A stretch of DNA of 64,000 nucleotides from Phoronis australis. Its lineage: Eukaryota; Animalia; Phoronida. Each line of letters opens with the position of its first letter. Position 1 is the first letter of the stretch. Where the stretch lies: assembly GCA_002633005.1 (NCBI GenBank), contig NMRA01000588.1, forward strand, positions 1 through 64,000, in the 5' to 3' direction. Positions 63,866 to 64,000 of the stretch are shown here, in pieces. The position numbers and the translations under genes are program-made. The notes below the pieces were generated by a model, which saw only the letters and a list, made by a program, of their open reading frames with translations, was not told where the DNA came from and did not search any database.

Positions 63866-64000
63866 TCGCAAGCTCCGCCCCTATGCGAAAAGTCACGTGA
63901 TACCCGACATTCGAACGAGATGTCAGAGGCAAATACACTGTCGCTAAACGACGTACCTGGTGGAATCGATGAGTGTTTTTGCACTATTTGAAAACGCGTC

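Overview
AT-rich, repeat-laden animal (probably marine invertebrate) genomic DNA with five N-gaps and no prokaryotic features. The main signal is invisible in the ORF track: a tandemly duplicated pair of three-exon micropeptide genes on the + strand (gene A ~9029-12830, gene B ~18119-31840). Each has a TATA+Inr promoter, a non-coding first exon and two short coding-type exons. Each of the four exons carries the motif Y-x-G-[TK]-G-[DT]-[KD]-[AE]-D-L-x-N-H-[SA]-N-Q-[CML]-N-P-N. Gene B's promoter has clustered NF-kB-like and AP-1 sites. Gene A splices to a 70-aa two-repeat peptide. Gene B has a TAA exactly at the exon end, one nucleotide out of frame with an intact, conserved second repeat exon. 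A convergent intronless PH-domain-like gene (minus strand, 48129-48590) has immediate-early-type promoter and AU-rich 3'UTR features. The rest is transposon-derived: a 5'-truncated L1/Tx1-type LINE, Penelope-like, hAT, Kolobok-like/THAP and L2/CR1-like relics, several MITE families with visible TIRs/TSDs, minisatellites and a tRNA-Gly pseudogene. All alignments were made by eye; no database searches were run.
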